NCBI GenBank assembly: GCA_041484665.1
Contig: JBGPIA010000002.1
Location: 32,001-96,000 of the forward strand
DNA: 64,000 bases
Direction of reading: 5' to 3'
Origin: Candidatus Krumholzibacteriia bacterium
GTDB taxonomy: Bacteria; Krumholzibacteriota; Krumholzibacteriia; JAJRXK01
Under the pieces are notes generated by a model that had not been told where the DNA came from, searched no databases, and saw only the letters and a list, made by a program, of their open reading frames with translations. Numbering within the stretch: the stretch's first letter is position 1; the number at the start of each line of letters is the position of its first letter. This document shows, one piece after another, positions 7,633 to 17,337 of the stretch. The position numbers and the translations under genes were made by a program.

Positions 7633-9858
7633 CTACGGCGAGGGGTGCGTGAGCGGCGTGCCGTCCAGCTCGGCAGGCACTGCGGCTCCGTAGGCGGCCA
7701 ATACGGTGGCGGCCACATCCTGGATGTGGCGAGGGCGGTCCGGCAGCACCCGGTTGCAGAAGAAGATCCCGCTGCTGATCTCCGGCGCCACGCTGCAGTG
7801 GTCCCCGCTCCAATTATTGCGGTTGTCCTCGAATACCTCCGGCGGGATCCCGCCGGCTGCGGTCTGCCACGATACGCGGTAGCCGTCGTTGAAACCCACG
7901 AACAGGTCGGCAGCCAGCGGCACGCGCGCGCCGTGGAACACCTCCTCGCGCCGCTTGACCTCGTGCACCACCGGCAGGTCGGGGAACTGGGGATCACGCA
8001 GCTGCATCAGCTTGTCGATGATCGAGGAGCGCACGCTCTCGTAATCGGATTGGCTAACGGCGCCGTTGCGCTCGCGCTGCCGCAGATTTACGTAGATGCT
8101 GCCCAGTCCCAGGCAGAAGGCCTGGGTGCGCGACCAGTCCACGTTCTTGAAGAAGCGTCCCTCCGGGTCGAACAGGTCCTCGAGCTTCTGGTAGTTGGCT
8201 TCGGCGGAGAGACCCCGCAGCGTCATGAATCCATTGCGCACCAGCCAGGTATTGAGGCTGACGCCGCGCCGGAAGCTGTGGAATCCGTGGTCGCTCACCA
8301 CCAGGAGCAGCGTCTGGTCATCGACGTGCTGGGCAACGACCTGGCCGACGATCCGGTCCATCTGTTGGTAGACCCATGGGATGCGGTCGCCGTACTTGGC
8401 CGCCAACTGCGCGTCGTAGAAGGGGTGCTGCGGGTCGATGAAGCGGTACATCATGTGCTGCATGCGGTCGGTCTCGAGGAAGACGCCCACGAACAGGTCC
8501 CAGTCGGCGCGGGCCAGCTCGCCCATGATCACCCGCTCGCGGTTGCGCAGGCTGAACTCGAGGTCCTGCAGGAACGTATCGATGTCGATGGCGTCGTCCT
8601 TCAGCGGATTGGTCGCCTCGGTCCAGCCGATGGTCTCGCGCAGGCCGTACCGCCGGGCGAGGTCGGACGCCAGCTCGTGCGGCGTGCTGATGTGGACCGT
8701 GGGCGGCAGATGGTGCGGATCCCAGTTGAGGGGCTCCTGGTAGAGGCGGAACTCGGGCTCGGTCGCCATGAGCTTGAAGCGCGTCATCCCGATGAGCTTC
8801 ACCAACGGATTGAGGCGGAACGTAAGGTGTACCCAGTCGCTCCACTGCCCGGCGCCGAGATCGATGCGCTGTCCTTGCACGGTGAGGCGCAGCGACTGCG
8901 GGCCAGTGCGCTCGATGGTCATGGGCACCGGGATCTCGGGTCGGCTTCCCTGCGCGTCGCGCTCGGCCAGGAAGTTGCGCGGCCCCCGGATCTCGGTCGT
9001 GCCGTGACCGCCATTCATCACCACGTGCACGAGGTTGCCGCCCGTCTCGGAGAAGGGCTTGTCAAAACTGGCCGAGCTGAACAGCGTCCAGTAGCCCCAG
9101 GTCTGGCGCAGGTCCGGGGTGCCCAGCCCGGTGGTAAGGTGCAGCCCCGCCACACCCTGCGGGGCAGGAAAGGTGACCGGCGCGTCGATCACGGTGCAGC
9201 GCACGCCCGCCGGTGAGAGCCGCTCCCAGAAGGGGATGCCCCCGCGCGTGGATCGGGCGGAAGGCAGCTCGTAGGGGACCCAACGCAGGAGCGCCACGAC
9301 CGCCACCACGCACGCGAGCGCGGCCAGCGCGCCGGCCAGGGGCGCGGCCGTCCGGGCGCGCGCCCGCATCAGGCGCAGCACCAGGAACGCCACCAGGAAC
9401 ACCGCCGCGCCGGCAGCCGCGCACAGGGCCAGGCGCACGCGCTTGTCCGGCAGCAGCGGCTGCGTTATTTCCTCGGCCAGCGCGATCTCCGGGTAGTACG
9501 TCCCGGGCTTGCGGTGCAGGAAGTCGAAGATGCCGTGCTGGCCAGGGTTCTGCCCCGTCGCGAACGTCGCCCAGCTTACGGGCGACTCGGCGGGCGTCGT
9601 GGTGCCCAGCGGGCTGAAGGTTCCGGCAAGCGCGAGCGCCTTCAGGTGGGGGAGCTGCCCCTGGTCCATGTACTGCTGGACGAGCTTGGGGTCGATCCCG
9701 TCGAAACCCAGGACGATCACCCGCGGATGGGCGCGCGCCGCCTGCGCCGCGGCCAGTGCGGGGACGGACAGCAGCGCGAGGGCCAGCGCGGTGGAGGCGG
9801 CGAACCAACGCCGCCGGCGTGGCCGCGCTGCGCCGACGGTGGACGGACGACAATGCAC
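7633..9858 (-). CDS. Alkaline phosphatase superfamily / type I phosphodiesterase-nucleotide pyrophosphatase, exported
   Basis: VIVLGFDGID, ESPVSWATFATG (Ser nucleophile), TDRMQH, VVSDHG, WSGDH. N-terminal signal peptide; start uncertain. Confidence 0.85.
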   Translation of the reverse strand: MHCRPSTVGAARPRRRRWFAASTALALALLSVPALAAAQAARAHPRVIVLGFDGIDPKLVQQYMDQGQLPHLKALALAGTFSPLGTTTPAESPVSWATFATGQNPGQHGIFDFLHRKPGTYYPEIALAEEITQPLLPDKRVRLALCAAAGAAVFLVAFLVLRLMRARARTAAPLAGALAALACVVAVVALLRWVPYELPSARSTRGGIPFWERLSPAGVRCTVIDAPVTFPAPQGVAGLHLTTGLGTPDLRQTWGYWTLFSSASFDKPFSETGGNLVHVVMNGGHGTTEIRGPRNFLAERDAQGSRPEIPVPMTIERTGPQSLRLTVQGQRIDLGAGQWSDWVHLTFRLNPLVKLIGMTRFKLMATEPEFRLYQEPLNWDPHHLPPTVHISTPHELASDLARRYGLRETIGWTEATNPLKDDAIDIDTFLQDLEFSLRNRERVIMGELARADWDLFVGVFLETDRMQHMMYRFIDPQHPFYDAQLAAKYGDRIPWVYQQMDRIVGQVVAQHVDDQTLLLVVSDHGFHSFRRGVSLNTWLVRNGFMTLRGLSAEANYQKLEDLFDPEGRFFKNVDWSRTQAFCLGLGSIYVNLRQRERNGAVSQSDYESVRSSIIDKLMQLRDPQFPDLPVVHEVKRREEVFHGARVPLAADLFVGFNDGYRVSWQTAAGGIPPEVFEDNRNNWSGDHCSVAPEISSGIFFCNRVLPDRPRHIQDVAATVLAAYGAAVPAELDGTPLTHPSP

Positions 9859-9914
9859 GGTGCGGACTCCAGTCAGTGGGCGTCGGGGAAAAGCGATGCG
9901 GGCGAGCAGGGCGG

Positions 9915-10943
9915 CTAGGTCCCGGGCAGTGCGCGCGCCCCGCGCAGCACACCCTCGATGAGCTGGACGTCCTCGACGCTGCCGATGAACAGAGGGACGC
10001 GCTCGTGCAGCGAGCGGGGCTCGCGGCGCAGGATGGGCCCCTCGCCGTCGCTGGCATAGCCTCCTGCCTGATCCACGATGTACGCCAACGGGGCCGCCTC
10101 GTACAGCAGGCGCAGCTTCGGCTTGGGTGACTCACCCGGATGGCGCGCGACCGCCGGATAGAGGAACACGCCGCCCCGCAGCAGATTGCGGTGGAAGTCG
10201 GCGACCAGGCTCCCCGCGTAGCGCGCGGTCAGCGGCGGGTGGCCCTCCCAACCGCGCCGGAGCTGGTCCACGATCGCGCCCACGCGCGGGTCGGCCAGGG
10301 GCAGGTTGGCGTCGTTGACGCTGTAGATACGGCCTTGGCGGGGGATGCGGATGTCCTCGTGGGAAAGGAGGAACTCCCCGACGGAGGGATCGAGCGTGAA
10401 GCCGTGCACGCCCGTCCCGGCCGTGTAGACGAACATCGTACTGCTGCCGTAGACCACGTAGCCCGCCGCCACCTGGCGATAGCCGCCCTGCAGCAGATCC
10501 TGCAGCGTGCCCGGCCCCTCGCGCGTGACGCGCCGGAAGATGGAGAAGATCGTCCCGATGGAGATGTTGACGTCGATGTTGCTGGATCCATCGAGCGGGT
10601 CGAACACCAGCACGTAGCGGCCGCAAGGATAGCCCGGCTCGATGGCGACGGGCTGCTCCCACTCCTCGCTGGCCATGACGCAAACGTGCCCGCTGCGCCC
10701 GGCGATGCGCGCGAGGGTCTCGTGGGCGTAGACGTCGAGTTTCTGCACGCGCTCGCCCTGGACGTTCTCGCCGCCCGCCTCGCCCAGGATATCCACCAGG
10801 CCGGCGCGATTGACGTGGGCCGCGATCACCTTGGCGGCGAAGGCCACGTCGCTCAGCAGACCCGAGAACGCCCCCCGCGCTTCCGGGTAGCGCCGCTGCG
10901 CGTCCATGATCTGGCGTTCGATCGTGATGATGTTGGGTCCCAC
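9915..10943 (-). CDS. fbp: Fructose-1,6-bisphosphatase class I
   Basis: NVQGERVQKLD, FDPLDGSSNIDVN, RYAGSLVADFHRNLLRGG, KLRLLYEAAP. Confidence 0.97.
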   Translation of the reverse strand: MGPNIITIERQIMDAQRRYPEARGAFSGLLSDVAFAAKVIAAHVNRAGLVDILGEAGGENVQGERVQKLDVYAHETLARIAGRSGHVCVMASEEWEQPVAIEPGYPCGRYVLVFDPLDGSSNIDVNISIGTIFSIFRRVTREGPGTLQDLLQGGYRQVAAGYVVYGSSTMFVYTAGTGVHGFTLDPSVGEFLLSHEDIRIPRQGRIYSVNDANLPLADPRVGAIVDQLRRGWEGHPPLTARYAGSLVADFHRNLLRGGVFLYPAVARHPGESPKPKLRLLYEAAPLAYIVDQAGGYASDGEGPILRREPRSLHERVPLFIGSVEDVQLIEGVLRGARALPGT

Positions 10944-11236
10944 GCCCCGCCTTCACCCGGCCTTCCGCGCACCATCCCGTCGCGCAGCATCGCGCGGCAC
11001 GCCATTCGACCGCGCCGGTGCCCACTCGCCCGCGCGCAACCGCTCCATGATAACAAAGGCTGCCCGCAGTGTCTCGCCGCAGGGTTCTCGCGCGGGCGTC
11101 CGGCAGGGCCGCCACACGGCCGCGCCGGAGCCGGGTCGCCCTCGCCCGGCCAGCGCCGGCACGCAAACGGGTGACTCCGCCGCGTTGTTCCACTATCCTG
11201 GCAGCCCGCCGCCCCCCGAGGCGGGGAGGAGCCGCG

Positions 11237-12124
11237 ATGGTCAAGCTGCGCAAGACGTACGACCGCTGGCTCGAGGCGCTGTGCCTCGACATGGAGGACA
11301 AGTTCGTGGCGTTCCTCCGCCAGACGGGGCGCGCGGTGGAGATCGACAACGTGGTGGTCGATTCCCAGGAGTTGTTCGCGCGCCACTTCACCTGTGATAC
11401 GACGACCTGCGACCCGACCCTGCGTGGCCGCGCCATGCGCTCCTGTTGCTGCGAGCTCACCGTCGACCTGACCTGGGACGAGGCGCGCCGGATCGAGGAG
11501 CACCTGCCGGACATCCGGGCAGTCATGGAGGAGGCGGCGCAAGCGCCAGGGCTCGCGGTCCTCGACCGCGGCGCGTTCCACGTCATGGCCGACGACTTCT
11601 CGCCGCAGCTGGCCAAGCACCGCTGGGGCTGCGTATTCGCCTACCGCGAGGAGGGCCGCTCGTTCCGTTGCGCCGTGCACGCGGCGGCGCTGCGCTTGGG
11701 CCTGCCCATCACAGCGCTCAAGCCCAACATCTGCAGTCTGTGGCCGCTGGCGCTCATCGAATACCAGACGGGTCAGTACGTCCTCACGGCCCTCACCGAC
11801 GAGACCGGGGGGCTGCTGGAGGACGACGAGCAGCACGCGCGCTACGCCTGCCTGAAGAATGACCGCAAGGGCCCGCCCCTCTATCGTGAGTTCACGGGGC
11901 TGCTCGCCGAGCTGTTCGGAGCGGAGTTCATCGCGCGCCTGGACGCGGAGTACGAGCGTTGGGAGGAGCGGGAGCGGTCGCAGCCCGCTGCCACCGCCGT
12001 GCCGGCGCAGCCGCCGCCGACGCCGGTGCGGCGCCCGCGCAACGGCGGGCGGCCGGCCGAATCTCATCCTACGGATACGCAGCCGCCGCGAGGGCGCCGC
12101 GCTGCGGATGCGCGTCACCGGTAG
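11237..12124 (+). CDS. Cysteine-cluster protein, DUF3109/YkgJ-like
   Basis: GGAGG RBS. FTCDTTTC..RSCCC, GCVF..CAVH, LKPNICSLWPL. Confidence 0.65.
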   Translation: MVKLRKTYDRWLEALCLDMEDKFVAFLRQTGRAVEIDNVVVDSQELFARHFTCDTTTCDPTLRGRAMRSCCCELTVDLTWDEARRIEEHLPDIRAVMEEAAQAPGLAVLDRGAFHVMADDFSPQLAKHRWGCVFAYREEGRSFRCAVHAAALRLGLPITALKPNICSLWPLALIEYQTGQYVLTALTDETGGLLEDDEQHARYACLKNDRKGPPLYREFTGLLAELFGAEFIARLDAEYERWEERERSQPAATAVPAQPPPTPVRRPRNGGRPAESHPTDTQPPRGRRAADARHR

Positions 12125-14124
12125 TTGGCGCTCAGCTCGCCGGCTCCCTGTGGCAGCGCGACCAGGCGCAGCTCGCGGCCAAACGACGAGGAGCGGCGGC
12201 TCTCCGCAGGCTGCCAGGACGCTTCCCAGCTGGTAAGCGTCAACCGGCGCCAGTGCAGCGGCAGCGCCACGGCCAGTCCCGCCTGCGCGGCGCCGGCCGG
12301 GGCCTCCACATGGACGCGCAGCAGGCCGCCGCCGTAGACCCAGCGCACGTGCGCCTGGGCGCGCAGCTCCCAGAAGTCCAGGAGCGCGGTCATCGTCGCC
12401 AACTGGTGGTTGCGACGCTGCGCGAGCTCCGGTAGCGCATCCCACATCCGGAACAGCTCCGCCGACGGGGTCTCCCCGAAGACGTCGGGGTGGAAGAGCA
12501 GCGCGACCGGACCGTGTCCGCCGACGGCATTGGTTCGCAGCCAGCGGTCCACCCGCGCGCGATCGACGCCCCCATCGGTGTCGCCCCAGAGGAACGGTAC
12601 CTCCCAGAGCGGGTAGGCGAGCCCGCGCCGATCGATGGGGCGGAAGGGGACGGCGCTGCCGAACAGCCAGCCCGCGGCACCGTGGTCCGGGCCGTAGCTC
12701 GAGTCGCCGCGGAAGCCCGCGCCCACCAGCCATCGCCAGCCGCGGTCCACGTCGTCGGGCCAGAGCAGGGAGTGGTTGCGATTGAGCGTCAGCGGCGTCC
12801 CGGCGGGTAGGCGCGCCACGAGGCCCTCTCGCTGCTCCACGATCGACGGCAGCTGGGCGAGCGGCTGGAAGCGCCACGCGCCGATCCGCCGGCGGGGCGA
12901 ACGCTCGTCCTTCCAGGTGGCCCCCACCGGCAGCCGTGCCTGTAGCCCAATCTCGGCGCCGTCGGCCAGCGGCCCCCCCTCACCTTCTACCGTGAGCCGC
13001 GCATCGGGCGCCATCAAGTACAGCGTGGACGGAGCTCCGCGTCCGGCCTGGGCGCGCGTCATCCAGCGGGACGTGTCGCGCCAGCCGTCGTCGTCGTGCG
13101 TCAGGAGCACCCATCCGTCGCGCGCCAGCGGGGCCGGCCAGACGCTGGCCCACGGAGCGGGAGCGAGCTCGGCATCAAACAACGCCGCGATCCAGGCGTC
13201 CAGCCATGGTGCGTCGGCCTGCAGCAGCGACCGCGTTGCGACGAGGTCGTTGGTCTCGCCGGGGCCGGCGAGCACGCCCGCGTAGCGATCCGGCAGATGG
13301 AAGCCGGGGTCCGGCACGCCCTGGCGAATGCTCAGCGCGAGGTCGCCGACGTCCAGCGCGCAGATGAGCCACGCACCCGCCCCTTCGTCCAGCCGCCACA
13401 GCGCGGGGCGGCCTCCCATGTCCAGGATGGGGCGGGCGAGGGCGCGCGCCGAGGCCGCGGGCGCATAGCGGGACACGCGCACGGGCAGCGGCAGCGGTGG
13501 TGGGTCGGGCAACGGCACGTCGAGCGTGGGAGCCCGCAGGCGTGGCGCGGGCGCCCAGGTCAGCTCGGGCACGACCTCCTCGCCCTGCAGGTCCAGGCCC
13601 ATCTCCTTGGCCCAAAGCGGGGGCGGGGCCTCCAGCACCACGACCAGTCCCTGCGAAACGTGTGGGCGCAGCGCCGATACCCACCCCGCGTCCAGTCCGG
13701 CCAGCGTCCGGCGCGGTAGCACCAGCACCGCGCGGTTCTGCAGCGCTGCGTCGATGTCGCGCCCGACCTCTTCGGTGGCCAGCACGTCGCAACCACCAAA
13801 GGCCTGGGTGAGGACGTTGGACCACTCGAGGTCCGCCGCGCGCTGTGCCGGTGTGCGCGGAGCGCGGCCCTTGTACGTCTCCCAGCGCACCGCCAGGAGC
13901 ACGGGATGGTCCGTCGCGCGGCGCGGGAAGGCGGCACCGCCTTGCGGCTGACGGGTGGGCAGGTGGATCGGATGGGCGTCGCACCAGAGCGCAGCGGCGC
14001 ACAGCACCAGCAGCACGCCGCTCAGTCGCGCCCGTGCGCGTCGGCGCCGGCCGGCGGGCTGCGGGCGGGTCCGGGCCGGACCCGCAACTCCCGCACCGCG
14101 CGAGCTCGGCTCGAAGCCGATCAT
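12115..14124 (-). CDS. Membrane-anchored/exported polysaccharide deacetylase-like (CE4/NodB fold) protein, paralog 2
   Basis: LLTHDDD, RNHSLLW, DSSYG, PFRP..WEVPF, LLFHP. N-terminal basic then hydrophobic segment. ATGA overlap with the upstream paralog. Confidence 0.7.
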   Translation of the reverse strand: MIGFEPSSRGAGVAGPARTRPQPAGRRRRARARLSGVLLVLCAAALWCDAHPIHLPTRQPQGGAAFPRRATDHPVLLAVRWETYKGRAPRTPAQRAADLEWSNVLTQAFGGCDVLATEEVGRDIDAALQNRAVLVLPRRTLAGLDAGWVSALRPHVSQGLVVVLEAPPPLWAKEMGLDLQGEEVVPELTWAPAPRLRAPTLDVPLPDPPPLPLPVRVSRYAPAASARALARPILDMGGRPALWRLDEGAGAWLICALDVGDLALSIRQGVPDPGFHLPDRYAGVLAGPGETNDLVATRSLLQADAPWLDAWIAALFDAELAPAPWASVWPAPLARDGWVLLTHDDDGWRDTSRWMTRAQAGRGAPSTLYLMAPDARLTVEGEGGPLADGAEIGLQARLPVGATWKDERSPRRRIGAWRFQPLAQLPSIVEQREGLVARLPAGTPLTLNRNHSLLWPDDVDRGWRWLVGAGFRGDSSYGPDHGAAGWLFGSAVPFRPIDRRGLAYPLWEVPFLWGDTDGGVDRARVDRWLRTNAVGGHGPVALLFHPDVFGETPSAELFRMWDALPELAQRRNHQLATMTALLDFWELRAQAHVRWVYGGGLLRVHVEAPAGAAQAGLAVALPLHWRRLTLTSWEASWQPAESRRSSSFGRELRLVALPQGAGELSANYR

Positions 14125-16055
14125 GGCTGCCCCGCGCCGCCGTACACGGCGACGATGGTGTGTTCGCCCGCTGGAAGCGGGATCTGCACCCAGCCCCAGC
14201 GCTCCGCCGGCGGCGCCGGCAGCGTCCCACCATCGAGTTCGATGGCGCGCAGCAGCCCCAAGCCCGCCGCGCTCGGAGTGAGCTCGAGCGCTTGGCCTTC
14301 TCCCACGACGTGGAGCTGGAAACGGCGCCGACCGCGGCCCGCGTCCGCCTCCACCAGGAGCGCGCGTCCCTGCAGGCGAGCGTGGCGGAAGGCGAGGTAG
14401 TGGCTCATGCTCATGACCGGATGGCGGTGATGGGCCGCCGCCGAGAAGCTCTGCAGCAGGCCGCGCATGCGGAACGCGTCGGGGTTTCGCTGCATGGTCG
14501 CCGTGTGGAAGATCGGCGTCAACACGCAGTGGTAGCCGGCCTCCGAGTCGGCCAGCAGCTGCTCCTGGAGCGCCGGATCGTAGCGCTTGTCATCCTGGAA
14601 GCAGAACGGCAGCTCCAAAAGCGCGAACGGGTACCCGGTGACGTCGAGCGGGTGGTAGGGACGGCCGGTCTCAAATACGTAGCCGAATCGACCCTCAGCG
14701 GGCCCGTAGCTGGAGTCCAGCTCGAAGTGCTGCGCCTGCAAGATGCGCAGCGTGCGCGTCCAGTGACCGTCCCAGAGCAGTGCGTGAGTGCGGTTCATCG
14801 TCACCGCCGGGGCACCCGCGGGCAGGCGCCGCTGCAGCGCCTGCACCTGGTCGGCGAGATTGAGCTCCTTGGCCAGGGGGCGCCAGGGCCCCACGCCGAT
14901 GCGCCGGACCTGGTGGAGCCAGGAACCGCGGTTCCACTGCAGCTGCACGTCGCAGCCGGCCTGGAGCATGGCCGACGTCCCGGCCACCGTGATCCGATCG
15001 GGGATGGCGAAGAATGTGCTACTGGCGCCCTCGCTCGCCGCGAGATCGCTCAAGAACGTCGAGCGATCGCCGAAACTGTCCTCGTCGTGCGTCATGACGA
15101 AGAGCCCGGCCGTTCCGGCGGGCAGCGGGCTGAGGCGTGCGGTGGGCGCCAGCGCGAACCCAGATGCGAGCACCGTGCGCGCCAGCAGGTCGGCCCGCGG
15201 CACCCAGGCCACTACGCGCGTAGGGTCGGCCACGAGATCGTCGGGCTCCACGCCGCGCTCCGGGCCATGGCTGTTGTGCGTTCCGTGTACCGAGAAATCG
15301 TCCTGGGGCACACCCTGCCACAGGGCGGTGAGCCAGCGGCCCAGGTCGCAGGCGAGCACGACAACCGCACCGCGCTCCCACGCCAGACGCCACGCGGCCG
15401 CGCCGCCGTCGAGCCAGAGCAGTGCCTGGTCGTCCGGGGGGCACGCCGACGGTCGCTGGCACGTCGTGATCACGGGCATCCCGTCCGCCCAACCCGGCGG
15501 CGCGTAGGGAAGCATGGGGGCGACGCGGGTCAGGCGGCGCGGCGCAAACGCCTGCGCCGACAGCCCAACGCGCGTCGGTCGCAACACGCTGTCGTCGGGT
15601 TGCTCGAGGATGAGGAGCGAGCCCTGCTCCGCCAACTGGAACAGAGCAGTCGTGAGGTCGGCGGCCAGCGCACCGCAGGACCGGGTGACCACCGCGACCA
15701 GGGGGCGCCCGCGCTCCGTGGTCTTCCGGAGATCCGCCGCCCCCGCCAGGCGGACGTCGAGGCAGCGCGTGGCTCCGGCCTCTTCCTCGAGCACTGACAG
15801 CCAGGCCAGGCTGCAGTCCAGTTGCGCGGAGGATCCCCCGGCCGCCGCGGCCTCGACCCTGGCGCCGTCGTAGAGGAGCAGCGCCGAGGGTGCTGCGACG
15901 GCGGCGGGCGGCTCGGCCGGCTGCTCGGCGTCGGGGTTGTCGAGCCAGACTGGTTTGCGGCCGTAGTGCTGCGCCACCACGGCCGCAGCGCCGCACAGTG
16001 CAAGCAGCGACGCCGCGAGCGCCTTGCGCCTCAACACTCCCCGCCGCGCGACCAT
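14121..16055 (-). CDS. Exported polysaccharide deacetylase-like (CE4/NodB fold) protein, paralog 1
   Basis: VMTHDED, RTHALLW, LDSSYG, RPYHP..LELPF, PIFH. N-terminal signal/anchor with an RR motif. Confidence 0.7.
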   Translation of the reverse strand: MVARRGVLRRKALAASLLALCGAAAVVAQHYGRKPVWLDNPDAEQPAEPPAAVAAPSALLLYDGARVEAAAAGGSSAQLDCSLAWLSVLEEEAGATRCLDVRLAGAADLRKTTERGRPLVAVVTRSCGALAADLTTALFQLAEQGSLLILEQPDDSVLRPTRVGLSAQAFAPRRLTRVAPMLPYAPPGWADGMPVITTCQRPSACPPDDQALLWLDGGAAAWRLAWERGAVVVLACDLGRWLTALWQGVPQDDFSVHGTHNSHGPERGVEPDDLVADPTRVVAWVPRADLLARTVLASGFALAPTARLSPLPAGTAGLFVMTHDEDSFGDRSTFLSDLAASEGASSTFFAIPDRITVAGTSAMLQAGCDVQLQWNRGSWLHQVRRIGVGPWRPLAKELNLADQVQALQRRLPAGAPAVTMNRTHALLWDGHWTRTLRILQAQHFELDSSYGPAEGRFGYVFETGRPYHPLDVTGYPFALLELPFCFQDDKRYDPALQEQLLADSEAGYHCVLTPIFHTATMQRNPDAFRMRGLLQSFSAAAHHRHPVMSMSHYLAFRHARLQGRALLVEADAGRGRRRFQLHVVGEGQALELTPSAAGLGLLRAIELDGGTLPAPPAERWGWVQIPLPAGEHTIVAVYGGAGQP

Positions 16056-16065
16056 GGTGGAGCCC

Positions 16066-16437
16066 TCAACCGCTCAGGCTCACCAGCAGCACTCCGGCCA
16101 CGATCAGGGCACTGCCCAACAGGCGCGGGCGCGTGACGGCCTCGCCGAACGCCATCCGCGCGGCCAGCATGATCCCCACGTAGCTCAGGCTGATGAACGG
16201 GAACGCAAAGCTCAGCTCCACGAGAGCGAGCGCAGAGAGCCACATGAAGGTGGAGACCCCGTAGAGGCAAAGGCCCAGCACCAGGCGGGAGGCTCCCTGG
16301 CGCCAGTGGCGCCTGGAGGTCGTCCGGCCGACGCGCCCGACGCGGATCATGGCGCTCTTGAGGCAGACCTGCGCCAGCACCGCGGAGCCAACGCTGGCCA
16401 GGATGAAGGGGAGCGCGGCGTGCGGGTCGTGCGTCAT
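16066..16437 (-). CDS. SMR/EamA-family 4-TM protein, ArnE/ArnF flippase-like
   Basis: SAVLAQVCLK, WLSALALVELSFAFPFISLSYV, FGEAV...LIVAGV. Confidence 0.8.
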   Translation of the reverse strand: MTHDPHAALPFILASVGSAVLAQVCLKSAMIRVGRVGRTTSRRHWRQGASRLVLGLCLYGVSTFMWLSALALVELSFAFPFISLSYVGIMLAARMAFGEAVTRPRLLGSALIVAGVLLVSLSG

Positions 16438-16913
16438 GACTGCGGTCCGCTCGCTGCGGATTCGGCTCCGCCGGCTGCGCCAGCCGGCCCACCAGAGCCA
16501 GCGTAAGCCTCGTCACCGGGCCGCTGCCGCCCCCGCTCACCGCGCGCCACGACCATGATTCCGGTGAGGATCAGCGCTGTGCCGATCCATCGCAAAAGGG
16601 GAACCTGCTCGTGCAGCAGCGCCGCCGACAAGAGCGTGACCAGGACGTAGCTCAGCGAACCCAAGGGATAGGCGACGGCCAGATCGACGCGCGAGAGCAC
16701 GAGCAGCCACACTGCCGTCCCCGTGGCGAACACGAGCAGCCCGCCCACCACCCAGCCGGAGAGCGCGGCGCTGCGCAAGAGCGCCAGCCCGTGCGAGCCT
16801 GCGGCCTGCGCCATGCCGCGGCGCAGCATCAGCTGGGCGGTCACGCTCATCACGACGCTCACGCCCACCAGCTGCACGGTGCGCGCATCCAGCCCGCCGC
16901 GCGCGCGCGTCAC
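16434..16913 (-). CDS. SMR/EamA-family 4-TM protein, ArnE/ArnF flippase-like
   Basis: GGAGG RBS before GTG 16913. SVTAQLMLRRG, WLLVLSRVDLAVAYPLGSLSYV, LLHEQVPLLRWIG. Confidence 0.8.
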   Translation of the reverse strand: MTRARGGLDARTVQLVGVSVVMSVTAQLMLRRGMAQAAGSHGLALLRSAALSGWVVGGLLVFATGTAVWLLVLSRVDLAVAYPLGSLSYVLVTLLSAALLHEQVPLLRWIGTALILTGIMVVARGERGRQRPGDEAYAGSGGPAGAAGGAESAASGPQS

Positions 16914-17337
16914 GCCGTCCTCCCGGCCGCGATCCCGGCCATGACGGCGCTTGCGGCGCCCGGGCAGCTTGTTGCCCTCACCGTGAGCGCGACGAGCGGC
17001 ATCGCCCGAGGGGGCGGGCGCAGGGGACGGGCGCTGTCGGATACGGTCACGGCATCGAGCTCCATGAAGGGCGTCCAGGGTGCCGCGGGGCAGCCGCCGC
17101 CGGAGCGGGTTCCCTCCCCGCGCGGGCCCAATCCGGCGGGCCCACATCGCGCTGCAGTCTAGAGCGGGTGGGCTCCGGCGGCGAGGCCCGCGTCTCCGCC
17201 GGGCCTTACCCTCGGCGGGTACGTCCGCTGCGCTTGCCGAGAGCGCCGCTCGCACGTACCGTTGCGCGACGGCACGGTCGGCCGCCGCGGACGGCCCCGG
17301 TCGCGCGTACGATTCCGCGCGCAGGAGGTGAATCGGC

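Noticed and set aside
9915..10943. FBPase plus BMC as evidence of a carboxysome or Calvin cycle
   Set aside because: No RuBisCO, carbonic anhydrase or PRK. The BMC carries an acylating AldDH, typical of catabolic metabolosomes.
16910..17131. 73-aa ORF whose stop overlaps the first SMR gene start
   Set aside because: No RBS or recognisable features. The TGA arises trivially from GTG-ACG.
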